Below are positions 46,793 through 56,916 of a DNA stretch of 64,000 bases, in pieces; position 1 is the stretch's first letter, and every line of letters starts with the position of its first letter. The notes beneath the pieces were generated by a model. That model was not told the DNA's origin. It saw only the letters and a program-made list of their open reading frames with translations, and ran no database searches. Origin of the DNA: Thermoplasmata archaeon (GTDB lineage Archaea > Thermoplasmatota > Thermoplasmata > Lutacidiplasmatales > UBA184); the NCBI GenBank assembly GCA_050013595.1, contig JBEKEY010000001.1, positions 10,044 to 74,043 of the forward strand, in the 5' to 3' direction. Position numbers and translations under genes: made by a program.

Positions 46793-48169
46793 CTACGCCT
46801 CGAGCACCCCGGCCATCAACTTCGCCTCGGCCCGGGCCGCGGTGGCGATCGAACAGGCGCGGGCGGTCGCGACGGCGTTGTGCGCGAGTCGTTGGGCGAA
46901 CTCACCGGAGTCATCGATCAGCTCGCGCATCTTCCCGGCCAGTGCCGGGATGTCGTCGGGGTCGAAGAGTATTCCGTTCTCCCGATCCTTCACGAGCTCG
47001 GCGATTCCCGCGCGGTCCGTCACGAGAGCCGGACGCCGGTGCAGCCAGCTCTCGACCACGACGAGCCCGAACCCCTCGTTGACCGAGGGAAGGACCGTAA
47101 AGCTCGACCGTTCGTAGAAGCAATCCAGGGCGGCCTGCGGGACGTGCCCGGCGAAGATCACACGTTCACGGATGCCGAGGCGCTGGGCCTCCGCCTCGAG
47201 GTGGGCCTTCCAACGCTCCGCCTTCGAGTTACCGGGTCCTCCCCGGGCCCCCGAAAAGCTACCGTTCCCGACCAGCACCAGACGAAGGCGAGGGTACTTG
47301 GGGAGGAGCCGAGCGACCGCGCGGATCGCCCGGTCGTGGGCCTTCGCCGGGTCCATTCGCGCGACCACCAGGATCACCGTGTCCTCCGGCCGGACGCCCC
47401 AGCGAGCGCACGTCGCGGCCGCGACCTTCTTTCCCGGTCGACGGTACTCCCGAGGGTCGACGTAGGGGTACATTAGGACGGACTTTCCCGCGTACCCGAG
47501 GGCCTTGAGCCCGACACGGTATCGCTCGCAGCTGACCACGACGACGTCGTAGCTGCCGAGATAGTTCACGAACAGCGCCCGCCAGTTCTCGGGGATCCGC
47601 GTCGAGTCGAACGGGATGTGCCATCGAAAGATCTTCGGTTTCAACGAATCGAGCATCTGCCCCACGGGCATCTGCTGGAAGTCGTGAATGTAGAACAGGT
47701 CGAAATCGAGCGCGGAATCCAACTTCCGTATCCGTTCGGAGGTGGTCCGATTGTAGAACGCGTACTCGCTGAACTCCTCGCTCCAGAACAGGTCCTGCGT
47801 GGACTCGGGAGGCTCGAGACCATGCACGGTGGACCAGATGGCCTCCTTCGTCTTCCCGTACCCCCCCATCCGTTGAGATCCGAGCGCGATGTTGTGCAAC
47901 GTCAGGCCATCGGCGTGCACGACCCTCGGCCCGACGGGATTCAGCGAGACCCAATGCGTGGTGTCGAGGACCCCCTGGGCGAGGAGCCTCCGGACCAGTG
48001 GGTAGACCATCCGGGTCACGCCACCGGGAGAGAACCGGAAATCGACCCCTTCCTTGAGCTCCGCTAGGTTCGCGGGGTCGCTCCACGCCGGACCCGGTGA
48101 CCCGTCGGTGGGGGGAAGAAACTGAAGCAGGGGCGTCTGGCTGTTGATGCAGACGCTGAGTTTCTCCAC
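46793..48169 (-). CDS. GT4-family glycosyltransferase (sugar-phosphate/disaccharide synthase type; SPS- or TreT-like)
   Basis: GT-B fold with a GT4 C-terminal motif region (FTVLPSVNEGFGLVVVESW). Confidence 0.75.
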   Translation of the reverse strand: MEKLSVCINSQTPLLQFLPPTDGSPGPAWSDPANLAELKEGVDFRFSPGGVTRMVYPLVRRLLAQGVLDTTHWVSLNPVGPRVVHADGLTLHNIALGSQRMGGYGKTKEAIWSTVHGLEPPESTQDLFWSEEFSEYAFYNRTTSERIRKLDSALDFDLFYIHDFQQMPVGQMLDSLKPKIFRWHIPFDSTRIPENWRALFVNYLGSYDVVVVSCERYRVGLKALGYAGKSVLMYPYVDPREYRRPGKKVAAATCARWGVRPEDTVILVVARMDPAKAHDRAIRAVARLLPKYPRLRLVLVGNGSFSGARGGPGNSKAERWKAHLEAEAQRLGIRERVIFAGHVPQAALDCFYERSSFTVLPSVNEGFGLVVVESWLHRRPALVTDRAGIAELVKDRENGILFDPDDIPALAGKMRELIDDSGEFAQRLAHNAVATARACSIATAARAEAKLMAGVLEA

Positions 48170-48310
48170 GTTTCCCCGTCCGTAGCGAGGTCGCCTAGGT
48201 GCCGCCCGTTTCCTCGAGGTCCGTAGGGCATCCTGACCTGGGTGTTCCTCGTCCTTCGAAGGCAGCGATCTCGAGTTCCGGGCTCGGGGGTAGGGCCAAG
48301 GGCCGTGCTC

Positions 48311-49096
48311 CTAATCAACCTCTCGGAGAACGTGACGTCGGCCGACCGAAGAGCGACCCCGGAGGGCGTCGGTGACCGGCCCTCGGACAAACTCCGCCAC
48401 GCCGGCACTGAACGACGCACGACAGACGTAGTCGGCGCATGCGAGCACTTGGGGACGAGCGTTGCGGACCGCGCCGGACAACGTTGCGGCACGGAGAAGG
48501 GGGATGTCGTTCTCCCCGTCCCCCACCGCCGCGAACGCCGAGGATTCGAGATGGAGTCGGCCGATCGCCGACCGCACCCCCGAGGCCTTGGAGATCCCTT
48601 TCGGTAGGATCATGACACGGTCCACGTTCGGGACGAGGTAGACGCCGAGTCCTTCCAAGAGCGTCGCGATCTTCGACCCCTCGGACCTCGGCACGGAAAC
48701 CACGACTTCCCCGCACTCGACGTTCGCCCACGGAGCCCCTGCCAGGCGACGACGCACTCGGGCGGCGGTCGCCCGGCCGATCACCGTGACGCGACTCCCC
48801 GCCGGGGCCTCGATCACCGCGCCGTTCTCCGCGACCACGGCGTCGACGTACCGCAGTTCGTCCGCGAACGCCGACAGCACGTTGTATTCCCGTCCCGAGG
48901 CGAGGATGACCTTCAGCCCCATCCGTTGGCAATCCTTCAGGACCTGGGACGCCGACTTGAGACCCTTTCCTTCGGGAGAGATGAGGGTCCGGTCGAGATC
49001 GACCGCGAGGGCGGCCAGCTCCCCTCTGGATCTCAGGGATCCGCCAGCGGCGTTCCTCATCGACGGGTTTCCCCGTGATCGTCCCGTCCGACCCAC
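48311..49096 (-). CDS. HAD-IIB sugar-phosphate phosphatase
   Basis: Motif I DLDRTL and HAD-IIB cap-type layout (GDGENDIPLL motif IV). Immediately downstream of the GT4 gene. Confidence 0.75.
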   Translation of the reverse strand: MGRTGRSRGNPSMRNAAGGSLRSRGELAALAVDLDRTLISPEGKGLKSASQVLKDCQRMGLKVILASGREYNVLSAFADELRYVDAVVAENGAVIEAPAGSRVTVIGRATAARVRRRLAGAPWANVECGEVVVSVPRSEGSKIATLLEGLGVYLVPNVDRVMILPKGISKASGVRSAIGRLHLESSAFAAVGDGENDIPLLRAATLSGAVRNARPQVLACADYVCRASFSAGVAEFVRGPVTDALRGRSSVGRRHVLREVD

Positions 49097-49303
49097 CTCT
49101 CGGGGGGAGACGAGAAACGGCTAAGACAAACGGCTACCGTTTCGGCGGACGGGTGCGGAGGCGCCATGGTTCTTACGATCGCTCAGACGACGTGGCAGTT
49201 ACCCCTTGCGCGTCCGTGGGTCGCCTCCACCGCCCGTCCTCGCCCGGGGGCCGAAGAGACTACCGCCGTTCGACCGAACGACTGCTCGGACGTGTGAACT
49301 CGG

Positions 49304-51187
49304 ATGGGATCTCCTCGGAATGCGGGATCTCCGGCCGCCGTCGGACCTCAGAGTTCCGCATCGATCCCCGAAGGGGGGTCGCGTGCTCGGGGCTGGCTCA
49401 GCCTCTACGATTACGGGCTCATCGGCAATCTGTACACCGGAGCGCTCATTGCCCGCGACGGTTCGATCGATTGGGCATGTCTCCCTCGCTTCGATAGCCC
49501 GAGCGTGTTCGGACGGCTTCTCGATCGAGAGCAGGGCGGGTTCCACCAGGTCGGTCCCCAGGGAAGCTACACCGCGCATCAACAGTACGTGACCGGCACC
49601 AACGTCCTCACCACGCTGTTCGAGCTGCGACGGGGACTCGTGCTGGCCCTCACGGACTTCATGCCCATGGGCCCGTCGATCGCCCTTCCCGAGGGCGAAC
49701 CACGCATCGTCCGCCGACTTATCGCGAGGGGGGGACCGATCGACGTAACGGTGACTGTGGACCCCCGGTTCGATTACGCTCGCAAATCGACGGTCTGGAC
49801 CTTTGAAGGCGGCAATCTCGCGCGGGCGGAATCCGGATCCGACCGACTCGCGTTGACGTCCCCCTGGGGCTGGGAGCAACGGGGGCGGGGTGCGGTCTCT
49901 TCGGGTACGGTCGTGCCGGGGAGTCCGCTCTTCGTGCAAGTCCGTTGGGGCGAGCCGCCCGCACCGGACCCTTCGCCCACTGCATTGCTGTCGATCACGG
50001 ACGCCTATTGGCGCGGATGGGTCTCGTTCGAGGACGCGCCGCTGCGTCGCGTCGCGGCGCGTTGGCACCCCTGGGTCGAGCGCTCCGAGCTCGTCCTCAA
50101 GTTGCTGTCGTACGGGAACACCGGCGTCTTCGTCGCCGCCCCGACGACCTCGCTGCCCGAATGGCCCGGTGGGACGCGGAACTGGGATTACCGGTACGTT
50201 TGGATCCGCGACGCCGCCTTCACCGCCCAGGTCTTCCTTCTGCTCGGGCACATCGCCGAGGCGCGGGCGTACGTTGGCTGGGCGTTCGACCGGGTGGCCG
50301 CCCTCGGGGAACGCGACGAGGTTCCCGTCATCTACTCGGTCGACGGCGGTCGCCCGCCGGCCGAAGTCGACCTGGACCATCTCGAGGGGTATCTCGGGTC
50401 GCGGCCGATCCGACTCGGGAACGCCGCCGCGGGGCAGCGTCAGCTCGATGTCTACGGCGAGATCCTGGATTCCGCGCTGCTCCTTGAGCAGGCGGACCCG
50501 GCGTTCGTTCGGGAGCGTTGGCCCCTGATCGAGCGTTTGGCCCAGCGGACGACCGAGCTCTGGTCCCAGCCGGACCACGGGATCTGGGAGTTCCGGACCG
50601 AGCCGGCCCATTACGTGCACTCGAAACTCATGTGCTGGGTGGCTCTCGACCGGTCGATCCAACTTGCCCAGGCGTTCGGAAAGACCGAGCCGCTGGACCG
50701 CTGGGGAAGGGTCGCCAACGAGATCCGGGCCGCGATCCTTTCGCACGGATACGACGAGAAGCTCGAGTCGTTCACGCAAACGTTCGACCGGCCCTCCTTG
50801 GATGCGAGCACCTTGCGGATCCCGATCACGGGATTCCTGCCCCCGAACGACCCGCGCGTGCTCCGGACCATCTCCGCGGTGGAGAAGGCCCTCGGTCACG
50901 GTCCGTTCCTGCACCGGTACGAGGGGGAGGACGGAATCTCGGGTCCGGAGGGGGCGTTCCTGCTCTGCTCGTTCTGGTTGGTCGAGTCACTCGCGAAATC
51001 CGGTCAAATGGACAGCGCGCTCGGCCACTGGCGGGCCCTGTTGGACTCGGCGGGCCCGCTCCTGCTGTTCTCCGAAGAGTTCGACCCGACCGCGAATCAA
51101 CCGCTCGGCAACTACCCTCAGGCGTTCACCCACATCGGGGTACTGCGCGCCGCCCTTGCCCTGGGACTGGTCGGTTCGGACCGATAG
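49304..51187 (+). CDS. glycoside hydrolase family 15 (archaeal trehalase/glucoamylase-like)
   Basis: 627 aa. N-terminal beta-sandwich plus (alpha/alpha)6 domain, with GH15-like WIRDAAF and catalytic-region patterns. Confidence 0.8.
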   Translation: MGSPRNAGSPAAVGPQSSASIPEGGSRARGWLSLYDYGLIGNLYTGALIARDGSIDWACLPRFDSPSVFGRLLDREQGGFHQVGPQGSYTAHQQYVTGTNVLTTLFELRRGLVLALTDFMPMGPSIALPEGEPRIVRRLIARGGPIDVTVTVDPRFDYARKSTVWTFEGGNLARAESGSDRLALTSPWGWEQRGRGAVSSGTVVPGSPLFVQVRWGEPPAPDPSPTALLSITDAYWRGWVSFEDAPLRRVAARWHPWVERSELVLKLLSYGNTGVFVAAPTTSLPEWPGGTRNWDYRYVWIRDAAFTAQVFLLLGHIAEARAYVGWAFDRVAALGERDEVPVIYSVDGGRPPAEVDLDHLEGYLGSRPIRLGNAAAGQRQLDVYGEILDSALLLEQADPAFVRERWPLIERLAQRTTELWSQPDHGIWEFRTEPAHYVHSKLMCWVALDRSIQLAQAFGKTEPLDRWGRVANEIRAAILSHGYDEKLESFTQTFDRPSLDASTLRIPITGFLPPNDPRVLRTISAVEKALGHGPFLHRYEGEDGISGPEGAFLLCSFWLVESLAKSGQMDSALGHWRALLDSAGPLLLFSEEFDPTANQPLGNYPQAFTHIGVLRAALALGLVGSDR

Positions 51188-51401
51188 CGCCCGCGGGGAG
51201 CTGACCTCGCCGCGAATCTCTACAGGGCACGGTCGGTTGCGTGAGCTCGGTTCCCTTCGATAATCACGATGGCAGCTGGGCTCGCTTCCCGCGCACCCTA
51301 CCCGCACATTCGGCCAATCCGCGGGCAACTCGCCCCCGGCTCCGACCCCACGCACCACGAAGGGCAAACACCCAACTACGTCGGGAGGCCTGCCCCCACT
51401 C

Positions 51402-51962
51402 GTGGCGCGTCGCAAAGCCGTCCCCCCAACGCCTTCCGGCCGCACTCCTGCGGCGACCACGACCGCCACGGCTCGAGAGGGTTCTCAGCTTCGTGTGAAC
51501 GGGAAGAAGTATCCGGTATCGCTCGACCGGGACCGGAGCCTGCTCTACGTCCTTCGGGAAGAATTGGACCTCACCGGCACCAAGTACGGTTGCGGGGAAG
51601 GCGAGTGCGGCGCCTGCAAGGTCCTCCTCGACGGGGTCGCGGTCCGGGCCTGCCAAACGCGCATCGGTGAGGCGGTCGGCCGATCGGTCACGACGATCGA
51701 GGGCCTCGCTCAAGGAGGCCGCCTGCACCCCGTTCAGCAGGCCTTCGTCGATGCGAGCGCCTTCCAGTGCGGGTTCTGCATCCCGGGCATGATCATCGCG
51801 TCGGTCTCGCTGCTCTCCCAGAACCCCCGCCCCACGGAGGAGGAGATCCGCGCCGCCATGGACGGGAACATCTGCCGCTGCTGCGGCTATCTCCGGATCG
51901 TCCGAGCGGTCCAAAGGGCTTCCGAACTTTCCGTGACCACGTCCCGGGGAGCGGCCCGATGA
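51402..51962 (+). CDS. molybdenum hydroxylase small subunit, (2Fe-2S)-binding
   Basis: Two [2Fe-2S] motifs (CGEGECGACKV; CGFCIPGM...CRCCGY). The start is possibly downstream of the annotated ATG. Confidence 0.85.
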   Translation: MARRKAVPPTPSGRTPAATTTATAREGSQLRVNGKKYPVSLDRDRSLLYVLREELDLTGTKYGCGEGECGACKVLLDGVAVRACQTRIGEAVGRSVTTIEGLAQGGRLHPVQQAFVDASAFQCGFCIPGMIIASVSLLSQNPRPTEEEIRAAMDGNICRCCGYLRIVRAVQRASELSVTTSRGAAR

Positions 51963-54079
51963 AGCGCCTCCCTTCCTCCTCCCCGTTCGACCGAATCTCC
52001 CCGACCGAACGGCCCTACTTTGACCGACTCGGGAACGGTCTCGTCGTGGTCCTCCCCCCTCAGGCCCCCGGCCCGGGGGGCTGGGGTCGTGGCGGACCGC
52101 CGCATGGCGGCGCCTGGATCCATCTGGGAGCGGACGGACGAGCGCGAGCGTTCACCGGCAAAGCGGATGTGGGACAAGGCACGCGCACCGCCCTCTCCCT
52201 CCTCGTCGCCGAGGAGCTTCGCCTGCCGCTCTCCGCGGTCGAGCTCACGATGGGGGACACCGACGTTTGCCCCTGGGATATGGGAACCTTCGGTAGCCGG
52301 TCGATGCCCGACGCGGCGCAACACCTCCGATTGACCGGCGCGGCCACGCGGAAGGTCCTGCTCGAGCTCGCCGCCACCACCCTCGGCCTCGCTCCGAAGG
52401 ACGTGGTGCTCTCCGAGGGCCAGGCCCGCGGGACCGGTCGGGAGCCTGCGCGCTCCGTGACCTACGGAGACCTGGTGCAGGGACTCCGTCGTGTGGAGGT
52501 CGTCCCCGCCTCGACGCAGCCGCTTCCCCCGTCCGACTGGACGCGCGCCGGCCACCCCAGTCCGAACGTGGGCGGGGTCGAGATCGTCACGGGCGCGCGC
52601 CAATACACGTCGGACCTGCATCCTGCGGGCATGTTGCACGGAAAGATCCTCTTCCCTCCCTCGTACGGAGCGAAGCTCCGGCGCGTGGACCTTTCCCGGG
52701 CACAGGCCATGAGCGGAGTCACCGCCGTGCACGAGGGAGATTTCATCGCGGTGGCCGCGCCGGATAGGTTCGCGGCCCGTGCGGCCCTGCGGGCCCTTGA
52801 CGCCGAGTGGGAACCCACTCCCCAGCCCTCCGACAAGGAGATCGTGACCTTCCTCCGCGCGCATCCGGCCCAAGGTGAGGACTTCTGGGACGTCATTCAC
52901 CATACAACCGGGGATGTCGCCGCGGCGCTGGCCTCGGCCTCGGTCACGCTCCACGAGACCTACACGACCGCGTACATCGCGCACGTCCCGATGGAGACCC
53001 ATACCGTGCTCGCCTCCTGGGAGGGGGACCGCTTGACGGTCTGGATGGGCGGTCAGACACCGTTCCGGGCCCGCGACGCCATCTCCGACGCCCTCGGGCT
53101 GAACCCTTCGAACGTGCACGTCATCACGCCTCCGACCGGCTCCGGGTTCGGGGGAAAGCACGCTTCGGAGCTCGCGGTCGGAGCGGCCCGGCTCGCGAAA
53201 GCGGCCGGCCGCCCGGTCCAGATCGCCTACACCCGGGAGGAGGAGTTCACGCAGGCCTACTTCCGGCCCATGGCTGTCATCGACATCCGCTCGGGGGCGA
53301 AGAAGGACGGGACGATCACGGCCTGGCAGTTCGAGGACATCAACGCCGGTGCGGCGGCCGCGCGCATCCCCTACCGGGTCCCGAACCAGAAGATCGGCAA
53401 CCAGCCCGTGGCTTCCCCCCTGCCGCAGGGTTCCTACCGTGCCCTCGCGGCGACGGCGAACAACTTCGCCCGCGAATCGCACATGGAGGAGCTCGCCGCC
53501 CGGTTCGCCGCCGACCCCGTGGAGTACCGACTGCGTCATCTCGCCGACGACCGCTTGGCCGCGGTGCTGCGCGCGGTGGCGGAACGAGCCGGATGGGAGA
53601 AGAGGAAGGGACCCGCCACGAGCCGCAAGAAGAACGGCCTCGGTCGGGGCATCGCGGTCGGGCTCGAGAAGGAGGGCCGCGTCGCCACCTTCGCCGAGGT
53701 CCGGGTCCACGGGGATCGACGCCTCGAGGTCGTGCGGATCGTCACGGGCTTTGAATGCGGCGCGATCGTCCATCCGTCCAATCTGCAAAGCCAGGTCGAG
53801 GGAGGAACGATCATGGCGCTCGGCGGTGCCCTGTTCGAATCGATCAAGTTCGAGGATGGCCGTATCCTGAATCCCCGGCTCTCGCAGTACCGGGTTCCGC
53901 GGTTCCGCGACGTCCCTCCCATCGAGGTACTTCTCCTGGACCGACCGGACCTTCCCTCGCAGGGAGGCGGTGAGACCCCGCTCATCGCCGTGGCCCCAGC
54001 GATCGCGAACGCAATCTACGACGCAACCGGAACGCGCCTGCGCTCCTTGCCGCTGGCCCCCGACGGGACGGTACCGTAG
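51959..54079 (+). CDS. molybdenum hydroxylase large molybdopterin-binding subunit (IorB/aldehyde oxidoreductase type)
   Basis: ATG 51959 overlaps the upstream stop (ATGA). IorB-like N-terminus (GKADVGQGTRTAL) and ~706-aa length. No FAD-binding subunit gene is present. Confidence 0.85.
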   Translation: MKRLPSSSPFDRISPTERPYFDRLGNGLVVVLPPQAPGPGGWGRGGPPHGGAWIHLGADGRARAFTGKADVGQGTRTALSLLVAEELRLPLSAVELTMGDTDVCPWDMGTFGSRSMPDAAQHLRLTGAATRKVLLELAATTLGLAPKDVVLSEGQARGTGREPARSVTYGDLVQGLRRVEVVPASTQPLPPSDWTRAGHPSPNVGGVEIVTGARQYTSDLHPAGMLHGKILFPPSYGAKLRRVDLSRAQAMSGVTAVHEGDFIAVAAPDRFAARAALRALDAEWEPTPQPSDKEIVTFLRAHPAQGEDFWDVIHHTTGDVAAALASASVTLHETYTTAYIAHVPMETHTVLASWEGDRLTVWMGGQTPFRARDAISDALGLNPSNVHVITPPTGSGFGGKHASELAVGAARLAKAAGRPVQIAYTREEEFTQAYFRPMAVIDIRSGAKKDGTITAWQFEDINAGAAAARIPYRVPNQKIGNQPVASPLPQGSYRALAATANNFARESHMEELAARFAADPVEYRLRHLADDRLAAVLRAVAERAGWEKRKGPATSRKKNGLGRGIAVGLEKEGRVATFAEVRVHGDRRLEVVRIVTGFECGAIVHPSNLQSQVEGGTIMALGGALFESIKFEDGRILNPRLSQYRVPRFRDVPPIEVLLLDRPDLPSQGGGETPLIAVAPAIANAIYDATGTRLRSLPLAPDGTVP

Positions 54080-54180
54080 CGACCGTATCCGGAACCCGGT
54101 GCGCCTTCCGAGACGCTCCTCGAAGCGGAACGCGACGCTGCCACGGGGGGCCTAAATACCGAGGCGCGGTCCGACGGGCG

Positions 54181-54477
54181 ATGGTGGCCCGTCAGCGAAC
54201 CACGACCCGAAAACCACCGAACCGGATTCGGGTTCCGCCCGAGCTGCGGATCGAGGCCCCGACGTCCCGCACGATCCGGGTCGACCTCGTCGAGGACCCG
54301 CACGCCCACATCGTCTGTCGGGCCTGCGGCCGTATCCAGGCCGTCGAGTTGACGGAGCTCGACCGTCACTTCCTGACCGAGCTCGCCGGGCATCACCCCG
54401 ATGGCTGGAGCGTCGACGGGATCGCGTTCTCCTTGATGGGGGCGTGCCGCCGGTGCCGCGAAGGCCCTCGAGCGTAG
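54181..54477 (+). CDS. Fur-family C-terminal (dimerisation/metal) domain protein, N-terminally truncated
   Basis: HAHIVCRACGR and a C-terminal CRRC, spaced like the Fur/PerR structural Zn site. There is no wHTH region, and no in-frame upstream start exists before the coxL stop. Confidence 0.4.
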   Translation: MVARQRTTTRKPPNRIRVPPELRIEAPTSRTIRVDLVEDPHAHIVCRACGRIQAVELTELDRHFLTELAGHHPDGWSVDGIAFSLMGACRRCREGPRA

Positions 54478-54505
54478 GCCGGCCCCCGACCGACCCGGGG
54501 ACGGC

Positions 54506-55657
54506 ATGACCGGCTTCTTCACGTCGCCCCGCATCGCCTGGGGACCGGGGGCCGTCGAGCAGCTCAGCGGTCTCGGCGCGCGTCGCGCCTTCCTCGTGGT
54601 GGACCCGGTCGTCGCCGCCCACGATGGTCATCGTCGTGTCGTGGAAGAGCTCGCGAAGTCCGACACCATTGTCGAGGTCTTTCCGGTGGGCCCGGACTCG
54701 GACCGCCTCGACGCGGTCGGGGATCTCGCGCAACGGGTGACGGGTTTCGCGCCGGACTGGCTCGTCGCGGTCGGAGGCGGTCGAACGCTGGACGGGGCCA
54801 AGGCGGCCCGTCTTCTCCTCGAACGCCCCGGTCTTTCCCTCTCCGCGCTCCCGCCGGTCTTCGAGCTTCCCGACCCGCCCCGGTGCCGGTTCGTAGCGAT
54901 CCCCACCACGAGCGGAAGCGGCAGCGAGGCCAGCTGGAGCGTCGACCTGCGGTCCGTCGAGGGAGATCCGTTCGAGCTCGCGCATCGGGCACTGGTGCCC
55001 GATTGGGCGATCGTCGACGTGGCGTTCGCCGAGGCGCTCCCGAACGACCTCCTGCGGGACGGCGCGGTCGAGGCGCTCGCCCAGGCGACCGAGGCGTACC
55101 TCTCGGCGTGGGCGAACCCGTTCTCGGACGCGCTCGCGTTCTCGGTGGCCCGGACCGTTCTCGATCGGCTTCCGCATGCCCTCAAGTGGAGCGACGACCC
55201 GGACGCGAAGGAGGCGCTGCACTGCGCCGCGACCCTCTCGGGCCTCGCGGCATCGAACGCCCAGCGGGGCGTGGCGCACGCGCTCGCCCGCGCGCTCGAG
55301 GCTCCCACCGGTCTACCCTACGCTCGTCTCCTCGGAATCGCGCTGCCGTACGCCCTCGATTTCGCGCATCCTTCGGCCCGGGACCGCCTCGAGTCGCTCG
55401 GGGCTGCGATGCGTCGGTCGGACGAGAGCTCGCCGCTCCCGATCGCCGCCCGAGTGCGCAAGTTCTACGAGAACATCCGCTTCCCGACCGACCTGAGAGC
55501 GGCCGGCGTCGCGCCGGAACGCCTGGCGGAAGGTCGTGCGAGCATCATCGCGAACGCTCTTCGCTCGCCGGGGGTGCTCGCGAACCCTCGGGTCCCCTCG
55601 GGCCTGGACCTCGAAGTCCTCCTCACGAGCATGACCGTCGGCGCGACCGTACGGTGA
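54506..55657 (+). CDS. iron-containing alcohol dehydrogenase family protein
   Basis: Fe-ADH fold with GGGRTLDGAKA motif. Confidence 0.85.
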   Translation: MTGFFTSPRIAWGPGAVEQLSGLGARRAFLVVDPVVAAHDGHRRVVEELAKSDTIVEVFPVGPDSDRLDAVGDLAQRVTGFAPDWLVAVGGGRTLDGAKAARLLLERPGLSLSALPPVFELPDPPRCRFVAIPTTSGSGSEASWSVDLRSVEGDPFELAHRALVPDWAIVDVAFAEALPNDLLRDGAVEALAQATEAYLSAWANPFSDALAFSVARTVLDRLPHALKWSDDPDAKEALHCAATLSGLAASNAQRGVAHALARALEAPTGLPYARLLGIALPYALDFAHPSARDRLESLGAAMRRSDESSPLPIAARVRKFYENIRFPTDLRAAGVAPERLAEGRASIIANALRSPGVLANPRVPSGLDLEVLLTSMTVGATVR

Positions 55658-55690
55658 CGCACCGCTCCTTCCGGAGTCGGGTAAGGTCGG

Positions 55691-56776
55691 TCAGATGCTC
55701 TCGGGCGAGACGGTGACCTTTCCCGCTCGAGCCGGCGTCAGGTCCTCGACCCGGGCCGGTGACTCGACCGCGCGGTTGATCGCGATCTCCGCGAGGTCGC
55801 TCGCGTAGAACGCGCTCCGTTCGAGGCTCTCGAGCACGTAGGCGAGGCCAACCGCGAGACGGCCGCGCTTCGAGGTGAGCTCGTGGAGGATGCTGTCCCG
55901 CTTCTCCGTGAGCAGGTGGGCCGCGTCGATCACATCGTTCGCCTTGTCGATGTCCCGCGAATCGAGACAATCGAGCGCGTCCGCGAGGGCCGTGGCGGCC
56001 GCCGCCGCCATGCGGTCGAGTTCCGTGACGAGGCGCTCGGGGGTCCGCTCTCGGCCGAGGATCGTCACGGTCTCGGCGATCCGGACCGCGTGGTCCGCGA
56101 TGCGCTCGAGCACGCGTGACGCAAGAAGGTAGGTGGAACATTCGGGCAGGGTGAGGTCCACGATCGCGAGGATCCGCGCATCCCGCAACGCGCTCGTCAC
56201 CTGTTTTTCGAGGAACCAGTGGAGCCGGTCGACCTCCCAGTCCCGTTCGATCACGTCCCGCGCGATCGCGGTGTCGCGCGCACGGAACGCGGCCATCGCG
56301 TCCGTCTGCATCGCGCGCACCATCTGGTGCATCCGCCGGATGATGGACGGAATCGGGAGCGGGTTCTGGCCGACCACGTCCTGAAGGATCACCGACTCCG
56401 CGGTCTCCTCGAGGATCTCGGGCCCGATCATCCGTTGGGCAAAGCTCCGGATCACTTCGCGCGTACGGGCGCCCATCCGGCCGGGAGTTCGGATCTCGAG
56501 GAGCGGGTAGCCGGCGATGTACTCGCCGATGAGCCGCCGGAAGAGATGCTCTTCGTTCATCTCGTTCCGGACCTCGACCACCCTCCGTTCCATCTCGGAG
56601 GGGTTGGCGGACTCCGCGAAGACCGTGAGCGAGCCGTCCGCGCGCGGCGTGAAGAACAGCACGTCCCCGGGTCCGAGACCGCGGGCGGTCACCCAATTCT
56701 TCGGCAGGGAGATGATGAAGGTGGAGCCGCCCGTCTTCTGGATTCGGCGACCGTGGAACCCGCCGCTGCTACGCAT
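55691..56776 (-). CDS. PhoU-domain regulator with N-terminal AbrB/SpoVT swapped-hairpin domain
   Basis: N-terminal AbrB-like segment (TGGSTFIISLPKNWVTARGLGPGDVLFF) followed by two PhoU repeats. Confidence 0.8.
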   Translation of the reverse strand: MRSSGGFHGRRIQKTGGSTFIISLPKNWVTARGLGPGDVLFFTPRADGSLTVFAESANPSEMERRVVEVRNEMNEEHLFRRLIGEYIAGYPLLEIRTPGRMGARTREVIRSFAQRMIGPEILEETAESVILQDVVGQNPLPIPSIIRRMHQMVRAMQTDAMAAFRARDTAIARDVIERDWEVDRLHWFLEKQVTSALRDARILAIVDLTLPECSTYLLASRVLERIADHAVRIAETVTILGRERTPERLVTELDRMAAAAATALADALDCLDSRDIDKANDVIDAAHLLTEKRDSILHELTSKRGRLAVGLAYVLESLERSAFYASDLAEIAINRAVESPARVEDLTPARAGKVTVSPESI

Positions 56777-56916
56777 TGACCGTAGTCGGGCCGACTATCT
56801 ATTCTCTATATAGCCTCGGCCAAACCTCCGGCTCTACCGGCCGAACTCCGGGCCCTCGTTCGATTCCTTCGCGGACCCTAAATACGCGGGGCGAGGGTGT
56901 CGAACGGTCGCTCAGC

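Noticed and set aside
51887-53788. 633-aa minus-strand ORF
   Set aside because: Antisense to the molybdopterin large subunit gene, which has strong family signatures. Composition artefact.
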